NCBI GenBank assembly: GCA_963514005.1
Contig: OY740788.1
Span: 31,744,001 to 31,808,000, forward strand
DNA: 64,000 nt
Direction of reading: 5' to 3'
From: Raja brachyura
Taxonomy: Eukaryota
Below, piece by piece: positions 24,177 to 37,479 of the stretch; within the stretch, counting starts at the first letter, position 1; each line of letters opens with the position of its first letter. A program made the translations under genes and the position numbers. A model generated the notes under the pieces. That model was given only the letters and a program-made list of their open reading frames with translations, was not told the DNA's origin and did not search any database.

Positions 24177-24769
24177 CATTAATTCATCTATTTAGTCAGC
24201 TTGAACCTTTTCTGCCATTCAATAAGATTGCAACTAAATACAATCTCAACTCTGTATTCCCCTACCATTCACTCCCATTGGTCCCAACAAATCTTTCCAT
24301 CTAACTCTTAAATATATTCAAAGACTCTGCTTCACTACATTTTGAAGAAGACTCACAGCTCCAAAGAGAATCTATTTTGCCTCCTCTTATCTCATCTCCG
24401 CATTAAATGGTGATTTTTCTTCAAAAAAAAGTGACCCTAGTCCTGGATTCTCAAAAAAGAGGAAAAACTTCATCTACAATCTCTTAGCACTAATAAAATT
24501 GTTGCACAATCAAAAATTATAGAAATAACATTATATTTTGGAACATAAGGAATGTAAATTATGTACTGGGTACAAGCATGGAGTTGAGTCAATAAGATCA
24601 ACCATCAGTTTCCAGGCCATGATTTTGAATGTGTGGAGTGAATTTTTTGTTTTGTGATTTTTAGAATAGGTGGGGAGTGCACAGAGGAAGGAGAGAGCAA
24701 GATACAGCGTACCCAAGTAACAGATTTTGCCCTTACAGAATTCTCAAATCACCACCAAAAAAATTGAGA

Positions 24770-25058
24770 TTAGCTTAGTGATACGGCACAGGCCCTGCAG
24801 CCCACCAACTCCACACCGACCAGTGATCTCCGCACACTATCCTACACATACTGGGGACAATTTACATTTATACCAAGCCAATTAATCTACAAACCTGTAT
24901 GTCTTTGGAGTGTGGGAGGAAACCAAAGATCTCGAAGAAAACCCACGCAGGTCACAGGGAGAGCATACAAACTCCATACAGACAAGCACCCGTAGTCGGG
25001 ATCGAACCCGGGTCACCGGCACTGTAAGGCAGCAACTCTCCCGCTGCACCATCGTGTG
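24770..25058 (-). mobile_element. tRNA-derived V-SINE (HE1-like)
   Basis: Minus-strand A box (tggtgcagcgg), B box (ggttcgatcc), V-domain ggtttcctcccacactccaaagac, CR1-like tail. Confidence 0.88.
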
Positions 25059-26783
25059 CCGAGATACAGAATAAAAATACTCTCTCAACAAATTTATGTG
25101 AGAAAATAAACGTAAAATATATTCAAAGAACTGAAGCAGTTTACTAAAGATGATTGTGGGCTGTCGGTTCACAGTAGGATTTGTTTTGTAAACTGACAAG
25201 GCAATCACTTCCATTGTTACTTATACAATGATACTTTCTCCAACAATTTAACATCCATTTCCAATACATCAAAACAACACCATGTTCTCCCATGCCTACA
25301 ATATAATCCACATTTTCTTGTCCATGTATACCACGCACCTATGGAGACATTACTGTTTTGGGAAATTCTTCCCATAGGAATGCGTCTTCAATTATAACAT
25401 ACGATTCAGTGGGGAACAAATGATTTATAGTACTGAAAATTCTAAGTTGTTTTCTAGGAACGCAATACCTCCATATTGCAAGGATACACTGTGATCAAAG
25501 AGGTGATCTGTTTTTTAACAAGTTAATCTGGCACTATGAACGTGTGAAAACAGGACAAGCATTGCAATTACTGGTAATTAAGTAACTATTCAGCATCTGC
25601 TCCAGTTCCCTGCCAAAATGCTCAATTTTACATTTTCCCACACTGTCCCCCATTTATCAGCACTTTGCCCACTCTCTTAATCTAACTATGTCCATTTGTG
25701 GCGTTCTTATGTCCTCTGCGTCATTGGCAAATTTAGCAACCATATCCTTGTTGCTTTCACCCAATTTACTGGCTTGTGAAAAGTCATGGCCCCAGCAGTG
25801 ATCCCTGTGGCACTCCACTCATTATATTGTGCCAACCAGAAAGAGATCCATTATTTCCTGTTAGCCAGCCAATCTTCTATCCATGTAAATATCCTCCTGC
25901 GCCATCAACTTTAACTCCTACAAATCAGGCATATCCACACTTGTGCTTATATAATATTCAACAGTAAGTTTATTTCTCCATAGCTTCAATTCTTTAAGAG
26001 AGACAATAGGCTATTGCTCTTTAAATGAATCGTAGCAGATTTATAGTGATCAGTGATTAACAACCAGCCATATAAAAAGCCGGCAAAAAAAAAAAAAAAA
26101 AAAATTCATGCTCAACCCATGATAATAAAAATCTATTTTGGACCTGTAACTCAGTGTAAAATCTATGTATAAATGAGCCAAAAATATTTTTGCTTATCAC
26201 CTCCAATGGAAATTTCATGAAGGGAATCAGTCAGGTCTGACACACAATTACTCAAATGTGTCACCAAACAAGGATCAACAAAGCAATGTCCATGTCCTTT
26301 CAAGATATGTACAATTTAATATTTATCCACTCTAGATCACCACAGTCAACCCTTAATTCCATACCTTTTCACTACTTTCTTGTCATAAATAAGCACATTC
26401 TTATGCAGGAGCCAAAGAATATCTGAAGTACAGTAAAACAACTTAATTCAGATGCAGGGCATGAAATAAGAAAGTTTAACAAGAGATAAAGTATCAGAAA
26501 AACAACACATCCACAAGCAATCTTCAGAACAGAGATAAAGTATACACATCTGGAAAACCGGAAACTCAGTCTACAAAATCTTTAACAGCAGCTGAAATTT
26601 TATTAGCTGTGCCAGTATTGTAGATTTCTCAATTAGGAAACAAGAGAATCCTGACAGTACTTGTAAAATCTTAATAAACTTTGAGTGTCACAGATGACGA
26701 CAAACTCATGTTTAAGAAAGAACTGCAGATGTTGGAAAAATCAAAGTTAGACAAAAAAGCTGAAGAAACTTTTGTGTCCAGAG

Positions 26784-26965
26784 AAATGTCCAGGGAAACC
26801 AAATCTACCCGAGAGTGCATTTTAAATTCCATTAAGTTAATGAATTGTTTTGCAGTCATTGATGTTGGTGTAAATATGCACCAACATCAATGACTGCAAA
26901 ACAATTCATTAACTTAATGGAATTTAAAATGCACTCTCGGGTAGATTTGGCTTCCCTGGACATTT
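26784..26965. repeat. Near-perfect inverted repeat, 87-bp arms, 8-nt spacer
   Basis: 26784-26870 is the reverse complement of 26879-26965 with a single mismatch (gaaacc vs ggcttc). Confidence 0.95.
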
Positions 26966-26967
26966 GT

Positions 26968-27160
26968 TCAATTTACAGGAGACAATTATCCTCCAAACCT
27001 GCACGCCCTTGGAATGTGGGAGCAAACTGAAGAACCCGGAAAAAACCCACGCAGTCACAGGGAGAACCTTCAAAGTCAGTACGGACAGCATCTGCAGTCA
27101 GTATCGAACCCGGGTCTCCGGCGCTGCAAGGCAACAACTCTACCACTGCGCCGTTGTGTC
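26968..27160 (-). mobile_element. V-SINE, 3'-truncated
   Basis: tcgaacccgggtctccggcgctgcaaggcaacaactctaccactgcgcc (B and A boxes reversed) plus V-domain. Confidence 0.8.
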
Positions 27161-27898
27161 ACCCCATGCGCCACCTTGTATATCCATATATCTATTCAAC
27201 AGGAAATGGAGGCCTGCAAAATGAACAGCAATTGACACAATTTTTTTTCTAGGATACGTCGCACATGTTAGTCATTTTGAAAACAAAGGATACAGTGTCA
27301 AGCAGATAATATAACCTGAAGATATATGGACCTGCTCGTGCCCAAGTTTTATTTTGTGTTGTTTTGACATGTTTGACAGTAGAGAAACCTGACCAATCTA
27401 ACTACAGAGTGTTTCATAATGTAACCTTGCTTCCATTCAAATGTAACTCAAAGTTTCTAATTGATATCAGCTGTCTGAATGTTTGAAAATACAGAACAAG
27501 GAAAAAATGTTTGAACTATCCGGCAACTGGTTCATCTTTTGTACTGAACATTTCTAATTTACTGCACAGCCCAGCAAACACAAAGAGAGTTTTCACTGCA
27601 TATTTTGTGGATTTTCAAAAGGTCCTGCCCTCATAAAAGTATTTTAAAAAACACTAAAAATAAATTGAACCAGTCTTTAGTTGAAAGTAGATCTTTAGTA
27701 GATCTTCCACACACAGAATGAAAATCAACATAAATTCACAGTAATTTCCCAGAGAGAGAATAATAATAGCAGGATTGTCTAGTTACCATGTTTCTGCTGG
27801 TTGAACCATTTCTCCTTATTAACTTTACCGTCACCCATCACAATTATGATAACTTTCATCAAAACCTATTCTTAAGTTTTTCTCTTCTGAATACAACA

Positions 27899-28540
27899 GT
27901 CTGTTGGCCTTCATAACAAGAGGATTTCAGTAAAGCAGTAAAGAGGCTCTTCTGCTGTTGTATAGGGCTCTGGTAAGACCACATCTGGGGTATTGTGTAG
28001 AGTCTTGGTCTCCTAATTTGATGAAGGACATCCTTGTGATTGAGGCAGTGCAGCGTAGGTTCACGAGATTGATCCCTGGGATGGCGGGACTGTCATATGA
28101 GGAAAGATTAAAAAGACTAGGCTTGTATTCACTGGAGTTTAGGATGAGGGGGGATCTTATAGAAACGTATAAAGTTATAAAAGGACTGGACAAGGCTAGA
28201 TGCAGGAAAAATGTTCCCTGTGTTGGGCGAGTCCAGAACCAGGGGCCACAGTCTTAGAATAAAGGGAAGGGCATTTAAGACTGAGGTGAGAAAAAATGTT
28301 TTCACCCAGAGAGTTGTGAATTTGTGGAATTCCCTGCCGCAGAGGGCAGTGGAGGCCAAATCTTTGGATGGATTTAAGAGAGAGTTAGATAGAGCTCTAG
28401 GGGCTAGTGGAATCAAGGGATATGAGGAGAAAGCAGGCACGGGTTATTGATTGGGGACGATCAGCCATGATCACCATGAATGGTAGTGCTGGCTCAAAGG
28501 GCTGAATGGCCTCCTCCTGCACCTATTTTCTATGTTTCTA
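27899..28540 (+). mobile_element. CR1 LINE 3' fragment
   Basis: LYRALVRPHLGYC, RGHSLRI, FTQRVVNLWNSLP; tail ttctatgtttcta. Confidence 0.93.
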
Positions 28541-29892
28541 TATAACCAAGTTCACAAATCTCTTCTCAGTCATAGCATCAATGATCCTTGTTTGTTAACC
28601 AGTACAACAATCAGCAGTGAGGTAGAGTGACTTTGCCAATGCCTTCCAGAAACTGTCCATAAAAGATTAGCAAATCCACTGATGTAGACTTTTTCCAAAT
28701 CAGTTGCCACCGGTTCAAAGGAAAGTTCTGCGATGGCAGAAAGTTAACTGACCAACCATTATATTGATAATTTCCGACAAACAGCAAACAATGTAAAATG
28801 CACAATCTAATATTTATTCCACATTTCACAGAGCCAAAAAATAATGACTGGAAAACATTGGGGGGGGGGGGAGCAGAGGTGAGAATGTGAGAAGGAAAAA
28901 AAAAATTTAAAACAGCATTAGTGTAAATGGATGGTTAGTGTTAATTAGTGTAATCGTTGGGCTGGGTGACGTATTTCCGTGCTGCACCTCTGACAGGTCT
29001 CTAATCTGCATCTGGATTATATTAATGAAAGCATAATTAGCTTAATTGTTATTGAGTCATTGAGGTGCAAGATCATCTACCAATGAATCATTTTATTTAA
29101 AACTAAAATACATTAACTACGTGCTTATAACCAGAATCTGTGTTTTTTCAGCCTATTTGTGATCAAACCCTTAAGTTTATATTGCCTGGAACACATATGA
29201 AGATGGTACCGACATTGAAAAGCTTACTGATTGTCACATTGGGTGGACAGATTTAGTGAATGGCTCATTATTGACAAGTATAATGTTGAGCAGTACACTT
29301 CCCTGGGAACAAAAAGCCACGTCATACCACTGCTAAGCACTGCTGCATCCCACAGATCTAAATGGCTCCTTGCCTAATCTCAGATTCTATTTTTCAATAC
29401 TCCTCTTTAAACAACAGCTGCTTTATCTTTGCAACAGACATTCTGATGCAGGACTACAGTGTGAGAATGGGAACACCTTTATCACATTGAGATTGTAACT
29501 GCTCAGAAGTGTTCTACCCAGAAATGGATTCACAACTTGACATGCTTCTGCAAGGGCTAAGTGCTACAAGGAATAATTCATGGGGAAAAAACCCCACAAT
29601 ATTTCAGTACAGCTGCAGCGATTCCAAATTCAGCAGGAATACTCATCAAAAGGCATAGATGAAAGATCTGTTGAAGTTGAACTCTCTTACTTTCTCCACA
29701 TAAACTTCCTGACCTGTTGACTATTTCCAGCATCTTCTGATTTAATTTTAAATCTTCTTTGTTCTGCTTTTCATAATTAAAAATTAGGTGATGATTATGC
29801 AATAGGTAGATTAGATTCTTTCCCTATTGGGGCTGAAGTCACACTGCCCATACTTTGATCAGCCTGTAAATGGCACCAGATTGATTATTCCA

Positions 29893-30204
29893 TTTAGTTT
29901 AGTTTGGTTTCGGGATACAGTGCAGAAACAGGCCTTTCGGCCCACCGAGTCTGCACCGATCCCTGCACATTAACACTATCCTACACACACTAGGGACAAT
30001 TTACACTTGTACCAAGCCAATTAACCTGCAAACTTGTACGACTTTGGTGTGTGGGAGGAAACCGAATATGTCGGAGAAAATCCACGCGGTGACGGGCAGA
30101 ACGTACAAACTCAGTACAGCCTGCACCTGTCATCAGGATCAAACCCGGGTCTCCGGCACGGCAAGCGCTGTCAGGCAGCAAATCTACCGCTGCGCCACCA
30201 TGCC
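29893..30204 (-). mobile_element. V-SINE (HE1-like)
   Basis: (ctaaa)n tail, V-domain, tRNA head on the minus strand. Confidence 0.88.
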
Positions 30205-30489
30205 GTCCACTTGGCCTACAGGCATTGAGGCGCCATGGCCGTTCTTGATGCTGCCATGTAATGGGCTGCCACTAGTGTCTATTTATCCTTTTCACCCATG
30301 CCTATCCTTCGGTTAATTTATTGTGTTGCACAGGGAGCCAAATGCAACGTAATTTCGTTTGGAACTGCATGTATCAATGTATTTCTAAATGACAATAAAG
30401 TTTGTTTGACTTTTGACTTGACTTGACTTGTGATGCTGTTTAACTAACGCACAAGTACAGCTGATCCATTTACAACATTGTAGGGGTTG

Positions 30490-31020
30490 GGTGCAGTTTT
30501 GGTCTCCTAATTTGAGGGAGGACATTCTTGCCATTGAGGGAATGCAGCTTAGGTTGACCAGGTTCATTCCCGGGATGGCGGGACTGACATACGATGAAAG
30601 AATGGATCGACTGGGCTTATATTCACTGAAATTTAGGACGAGAGGGGATCTTACAGAAACATATAAAATTCTTACGGGATTGAACAGGTTAGATGCAGGA
30701 AAAATGGTCCCGATGTTGGGAGTGTCCAGACCCAGGGGTCACAGTTTAAGAATAAGGGATAGGCCATTTAGGACTGAGATGAGGAAAAGCTTTTTCAGCC
30801 AGAGAGTTGTGAATCTGTGGAATTCTCTGCCACAAAAGGCAGTGGAGGCGAATTCACTGGATGTATTCAAGAGCGAGTTAGATATAGCTCTTCGGGCTAA
30901 CGGAATCAAGGGATATGGGGAGAATGTAGGAACAGGGTACTGATTCTGGATGATCAGCCATGATCATATTGGGTCGAAGTGCCGAATGGCCTACTCCTGC
31001 AACTATTTTCTATGTTTCTA
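30490..31020 (+). mobile_element. CR1 LINE 3' fragment
   Basis: QFWSPNLREDIL, RGDLTETYKIL, FFSQRVVNLWNSLP; tail ttctatgtttcta. Confidence 0.93.
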
Positions 31021-31244
31021 TATGATCCCACAATGTGCTTTAAATTTATAATTTTTAATCATCAACATAGAACATTTCACTTTCATGATTAGGAATTTAC
31101 TCAGGCTAATATAATTAAAATAGGAAAGAATAGGAGCAGGCCATACAATGTCTCGTTCTTCAAACATTCAATAAGATCACAGCTGACCAGCCCCACCTCC
31201 TTCAATTTCCTTGACATTAAGAGTCAAGAGTGTCAAGAGTCAAG

Positions 31245-33304
31245 GTGTGTTTGAGGGTATGAGATGTGAATTGGCCAAGATTGACTGGCAATCAATTCTA
31301 AAAGGGTTGACGGTGTTTACGCAATGGAAGACATTTAAAGACTGCATGGATGAACTACAAAAATTGTTCATCCCAGTTTGGCAAATGAGTAAATCAGGGA
31401 AGGTAGTTCCCTGGGCTTGATTAGAAAAGGAAAAATAGATTATGAAAGAAAACTGGTAGGGAACATAAAAACTGACTGCAAAGGTTTTATAGATATGTGA
31501 AGAGAAAGAGATTAGTTATAAACAAATGTAGGTCCCTTGCAGTCAGAAACAGGTGAGTTGATGATGAGGAACAAGGATATGGCGGACCAATTGAATAACT
31601 ACTTTGGTTCCGTCTTCACTAAGGAAGACATAAATAATCTGCCGGAAATAGCAGGGGACCGCGGGTGAAAGGAGGAATTGAGTGAAATCCAAGTTAGTCG
31701 GGGAGTGGTGTTGGGTAAATTGAATGGATTAAAGGCCGATAAATCCCCAGGGCCAGATAGGCTGCATCCCAGAGTACTTAAGGAAGTACCTCCAGAAATA
31801 GTGGATGCATTAGTGATAATCTTTCAAAACTCTTTAGATTCTGGAGTAGTTCCGGAGGATTGGCGAGTAGCAAACGTAACCCCTCTTTTTAAAAAGGGAG
31901 GGAGAGAGAAAACGGGGAATTACAGACCAGTTAGTCTAACATCGGTAGTGGGGAAACTGCTAGAGTCAGTTATTAAAGATGGGATAGCAGCACATTTGGA
32001 AAGTGGTGAAATCATTGGACAAAGTCAGCATGGATTTACGAAAGGTAAATCATGTCTGATGAATCTTGTGGAATTTTTCGAGGATGTAACTAGTAGCGTG
32101 GATAGGGGAGAACCAGTGGATGTGGTGTATCTGGACTTTCCAGAAGTCCAGATACATAAGAGAATAGTATAAAAACTTAAAGCATACGGCATTGGGGGTT
32201 CAGTATTGATGTGGATAGAGAACTGGCTGGCAAACAGGAAGCAAAGAGTAGGAGTAAACGGGTCCTTTTCACAATGGCAGGCAGTGACTAGTGGGGTACC
32301 GCAAGGCTCAGTGCTGGGACCCCAGCTATTTACAATATACATTAATGATCTGGATGAGGGAATTGAAGGCAATATTTCCAAATTTGCAGATGACACTAAG
32401 CTGGGGGGCAGTGTTAAATGTGAGGAGGATGCTAGGAGACTGCAAGGTGACTTGGATAGGCTGGGTGAGTGGGCAAATGTTTGGCAGATGCAGTATAATG
32501 TGGATAAGTGTGAGGTTATCCACTTTGGTGGCAAAAATAGGAAAGCAGACATGGTGAAATGGTGGCCGATTAGGAAAAGGGGAGATGCAGCGCGACCTGG
32601 GTGTCATGGTACACCATTCATTGAAAGTAGGCATGCAGGTGCAGTGAAGAAAGAGAATGGTATGTTAGCTTTCATAGCAAAAGGATCTGAGTATCGGAGC
32701 AGGGAGGTTCTACCTCAGTTGTATAGGGTCTTGGTGAGACCACACCTGGAGTATTGCGTACAGTTCTGGTCTCCAAATCTGAGGAAGGACATTATTGCTA
32801 TAGATGGAGAGCAGAGTAGGTTCACCAGACTGATTCCTGGGATGTCAGGACTGTCTTATGAAGAAAGACTGGATAGACTCGGTTTATACTCTCTAGAATT
32901 TAGGAGATTGAGAGGGGATCTTATAGAAACTTACAAAATTCTTAAGGGGTTGGACAGGCTAGATGCAGGAAGATTGTTCCCGATGTTGGGGAGGTCCAGG
33001 ACAAGGGGTCACAGCTCAAGGATAAGGGGGAAATCCTTTAGGACCGAGATGAGAAGGACTTTTTTCACACAGAGAGTGGTGGGTCTCTGGAACTCTCTGC
33101 CACAGAGGGTAGTTGAGGCCAGTTCATTGGCAATATTTAATAGGGAGTTTGATGTGGCCCTTGTGGCTAAGGGGATCAGAGGGTATGGAGAGAAGGCAGG
33201 TACGGGATACTGAGTTGGATGATCAGCCATGATCATATTGAATGGCGGTGCAGGCTCGAAGGGCCGAATGGCCTACTCTGCACCTAATTTCTATGTTTTT
33301 ATGT
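31245..33304 (+). mobile_element. CR1 LINE, ~2 kb 5'-truncated with RT domain (frameshifted)
   Basis: KSPGPD.LHPRVLKE, NYRPVSLTS, SQHGFTKGKSC, GVPQGSVLGP, KFADDTKL; tail ttctatgtttttatg. Appears to sit inside a minus-strand Rex1 3' tail (caagagt repeats on the left, 3' UTR on the right). Confidence 0.95.
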
Positions 33305-33390
33305 ATTATTGTCATATGTCCCAGATAGAACAATAAAATTCTTACTTGCTGCAGCACAACAGAATATGCAATCATAGTATGATATGACAA

Positions 33391-33582
33391 ANNNNNNNNN
33401 NNNNNNNNNNNNNNNNNNNNNNNNNNNNNNNNNNNNNNNNNNNNNNNNNNNNNNNNNNNNNNNNNNNNNNNNNNNNNNNNNNNNNNNNNNNNNNNNNNNN
33501 NNNNNNNNNNNNNNNNNNNNNNNNNNNNNNNNNNNNNNNNNNNNNNNNNNNNNNNNNNNNNNNNNNNNNNNNNNNNNNNNNN
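33391..33582. other. Assembly gap (N run)
   Basis: 192 consecutive N. Confidence 0.99.
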
Positions 33583-34998
33583 CTGCAATACGCTCGACAA
33601 CTCTGCAGACCACCCAACTAGATGGTTATAAACATTTTCAAATTTCTTCACATCTAATGCTGAATCACTGATCCCCATTTCAAGCTGCAGTTCTAGACAC
33701 CATTGGCAAATAAATAATCTACCTATCAGGCATCTAAACTTTTCCATGTTTCATATCAAATCTGCGCCTGCAAGTATTATAAATGGCATCAGCCCTTCCA
33801 GATTCAGATTGCACATTTAAAAGCCTGCTAAATTCTCTTAATTTAGATTTTGTTCAAACTATCTTACAATAATGACACTACTAACACGATTCATGTTAAC
33901 TAACACTGTAACCATTTATACCGTCTTCCACAGCATCAGGAATAATTTCAAAAGAATATATTTGAAATATTAATTAATCTGAAACCACAACTGTGAAGAC
34001 CTACGATTTTCACAAGAATCTATGCAGCATTAAGATAACAAACATTACCGAAATATTTTACTTACTAGTTAAGAGATGGCTATAGAAATCTAAAAGCTAA
34101 ATGGTGTAGATGCTGGAAATTTGAGATTAAAAACAGAATATCCTTTCCCACTGCTGTGTTCTGGTTCACGCTTCCATGTCCGCCCATCTCACCCAACATC
34201 TCACAACACCTACCCGTCTACCAACCCCGACTCCCATCTTTCCAGTGTCGGGAATCTAAAAACTACTTCCAAATTAAGTTAGGATTTACTTGGTACCAAA
34301 TTTGGATACTGCATCCAAAAGTCATGGTACATTTTCCTCTGCATTGAAGAAACCATACATCGATATGGGTAATGCAGAAAACTGCTGTAAATCTGCAAAA
34401 CCAATGTTCCAGGGTGTGGTAGTAAAAACGAAACTCTTTAAGTTAACACCTCAAGGCTTTTACAATAGAACTTTCCAAATGTCCCTTTTTTTTTACAATT
34501 TCAATCCCCATTAAATTGGCATATCTGTCCTTCCACATTGTTCCAATGAAGCTCAAACAATCATCAGATCAAATCATCACATCTTATGAGCTAGCACATC
34601 ACAGATTTCAGTATAACAGTATAAGGCAATTAACAAAGCCAGCCTTATATCTTGTGTTTCCAGCATTCTTTTTTAAATTCTCTGGTAATTATAGCTTTCA
34701 TTTGTCTCCCCTAGTTACATCTCCTCCAGACATACTTTGTTAATTATTGCCCTTTACCACCATCTTTTAGCTGGCATCATCATCACCTGTAATATTAAAT
34801 CTCCATCATATCACTGACTGTCCTTTTAGTTCTCTCCGCAATTTAAAAATGTACTAATTCTTCCCAGTTCTAATGAGACATCTTTAGCCTGAAGTGTTAG
34901 TTCAACATGGGGAAGCTGATTGTGAAATGTAGTACTAAACCTTGGAGGATTAGAATTAGAAGGTGAAGACCAAAAATAAATGAAAGCTGGAAATCCAT

Positions 34999-36752
34999 TG
35001 CCATCCAACACCCCTCCCCTCCCCTCACTGCCATCCAACACCCCTCCCCTCCCCCACTGCCATCCAACACCCCTCCCCTCCCCCCACTGCCATCCAACAC
35101 CCCTCCCCTCCCCCCACTGCCATCCAACACCCCTCCCCTCCCCCCACTGCCATCCAACACCCCTCCCCTCCCCCCACTGCCATCCAACACCCCTCCCCTC
35201 CCCCCACTGCCATCCAACACCCCTCCCCTCCCCCCACTGCCATCCAACACCCCTCCCCTCCCCCCACTGCCATCCAACACCCCTCCCCTCCCCCCCTCTG
35301 CCATCCAATACCCCTCCCCCTGCCATCCAACACCCCTCCCCTCCCACCACTACCACCAACACCCCTCCCCCCACTGCCATCCAACACCCCTCCCCTCCCT
35401 GCCATCCAACACCCCCCTCCCCCCCTCTGCCATCCAACACCCCTCCCCTCCCCCCTGCCATCCAACACCCCTCCCCTCCCCCCACTGCCATCCAACACCC
35501 CTCCCCTCCCCCCACTGCCATCCAACACCCCTCCCCTCCCCCCACTGCCATCCAACACCCCTCCCCTCCCCCCACTGCCATCCAACACCCCTCCCCTCCC
35601 CCCTCTGCCATCCAATACCCCTCCCCTCCCCCCTCTGCCATCCAACACCCCTCCCCTCCCTGCCATCCAACACCCCCCTCCCCCCCCACTGCCATCCAAC
35701 ACCCCTCCCCTCCCTGCCATCCAACACCCCCCTCCCCCCCTCTGCCATCCAACACCCCTCCCCTCACTGCCATCCAACACCCCTCCCCTCCCCCCTCTGC
35801 CATCCAATACCCCTCCCCTCCCCCCTCTGCCATCCAACACCCCTCCCCTCCCTGCCATCCAACACCCCCCTCCCCCCCCCTCTGCCATCCAACACCCCTC
35901 CCCTCCCTGCCATCCAACACCCCCCTCCCCCCCTCTGCCATCCAACACCCCTCCCCTCCCCCCTGCCATCCAACACCCCCCCTCCCCCCCTCTGCCATCC
36001 AACACCCCTCCCCTCCCCCCACTGCCATCCAACACCCCTCCCCTCCCCCCTCTGCCATCCAATACCCCTCCCCTCCCCCCCTGCCATCCAACACCCCTCC
36101 CCTCTCTGCCATCCAACACCCCCCCCCCTCTGCCATCCAACACCCCTCCCTGCCATCCAACACCCCCCTCCCCCCCTCTGCCATCCAACACCCCTCCCCT
36201 CCCCCCTGCCATCCAACACCCCCCCTCCCCCCTGCCATCCAACACCCCTCCCCTCCCCCCACTGCCATCCAACCCCCCACTGCCATCCAACACCCCCCTC
36301 CCCCCTGCCATCCAACACCCCCCACTGCCATCCAACACCCCTCCCCTCCCCCCACTGCCATCCAACACCCCTCCCCTCCCCCCACTGCCATCCAACACCC
36401 CTCCCCTCCCCCCCACTGCCATCCAACACCCCCCTCCCCCCTCCCCCCTGCCATCCAACACCCCCCACTGCCATCCAACACCCTCCCCTCCCCCCCACTG
36501 CCATCCAACACCCCCCTCCCCCCCCCCCCGCCATCCAACACCCCCCACTGCCAGCCAATACCCCCCCTCCCCCACTGCCATCCAACACCCCTCCCCCCTG
36601 CCATCCAACACCCCTCCCCTCCCCCCTGCCATCCAACACCCCCCACTACCATTAAACACCCCCCCCCCGCCATCCAACACCCCTCCCCTCCCCCCACTGC
36701 CATCCAACACCCCCCTCCCCTCCCCCCACTGCCATCCAAAACCCACCTCCCC
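34999..36752. repeat. C-rich minisatellite, ~30-bp unit CTGCCATCCAACACCCCTCCCCTCCCCCCA
   Basis: Dozens of tandem units with invariant TGCCATCCAACA core and variable C tracts. Confidence 0.98.
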
Positions 36753-37479
36753 TCCTGTGATTTTACGTTTATTCACCTTATAGAGATTTATAACATCACA
36801 GTTTAGTACCAAGATGAATACTTTTGTAAAAGGAAAAACATGACCGACTGGGGTGAAATGTATCAGCAGTGTTTTATTGGCAACACCTTTAAAAGCAATT
36901 AAAATCACTTTTACGTAGCTGTATATGTTGTAGAAACATGGTGTTAACTTAAAGGTTTTCATTTTTTAATTAAGAAAGAGAGCAGTACAACTATATTTTT
37001 TATTTAGAGCATTCTCGAAATGTGGTACAAGAAGATAAATATCACCTTGTTCTTTTACATATTGAACTAGGAATTTCCTCTATTTTCTTTACAAAGCTCA
37101 TTAGATAATTGTAGATGGCTGTTTGCATTTGGCTGGATTACTAAATGAATACTGGTTTGAGCTGGATAAAACGAAAACAAGCTTGTTCCAAATCCATTCC
37201 TTCTTTTCAAGCCAATTACCACAGAATTCCCACGACTGAATACTATTAAGTTATGTGGTCTCATTTGCTTCTACATCACTAATAGGCACAAGTAAGTAAC
37301 CTCTCATTTCTTAAAAATATTTGACTTTTGGTTGCATTGCAAACAATTTAAATGCAAAATGAAGACTGACCAGAATATTTTGATGAAACCGGCAGATAAC
37401 ATCCAGTTTTAAATCAGGCGCAAGTACTCAACAGGTGGAGAGCAGTACTATACAACACTTTGCTTTAGGCACCACATGA

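Noticed and set aside
34999-36752. CRISPR-like repeat-spacer appearance
   Set aside because: The variable parts are only C-tract length variants; eukaryotic context and no cas genes.
34826-36962. ORFs of 600+ aa (Gly/Trp-rich, Pro/His-rich) on both strands
   Set aside because: Stop-free translations of the minisatellite in several frames; not genes.
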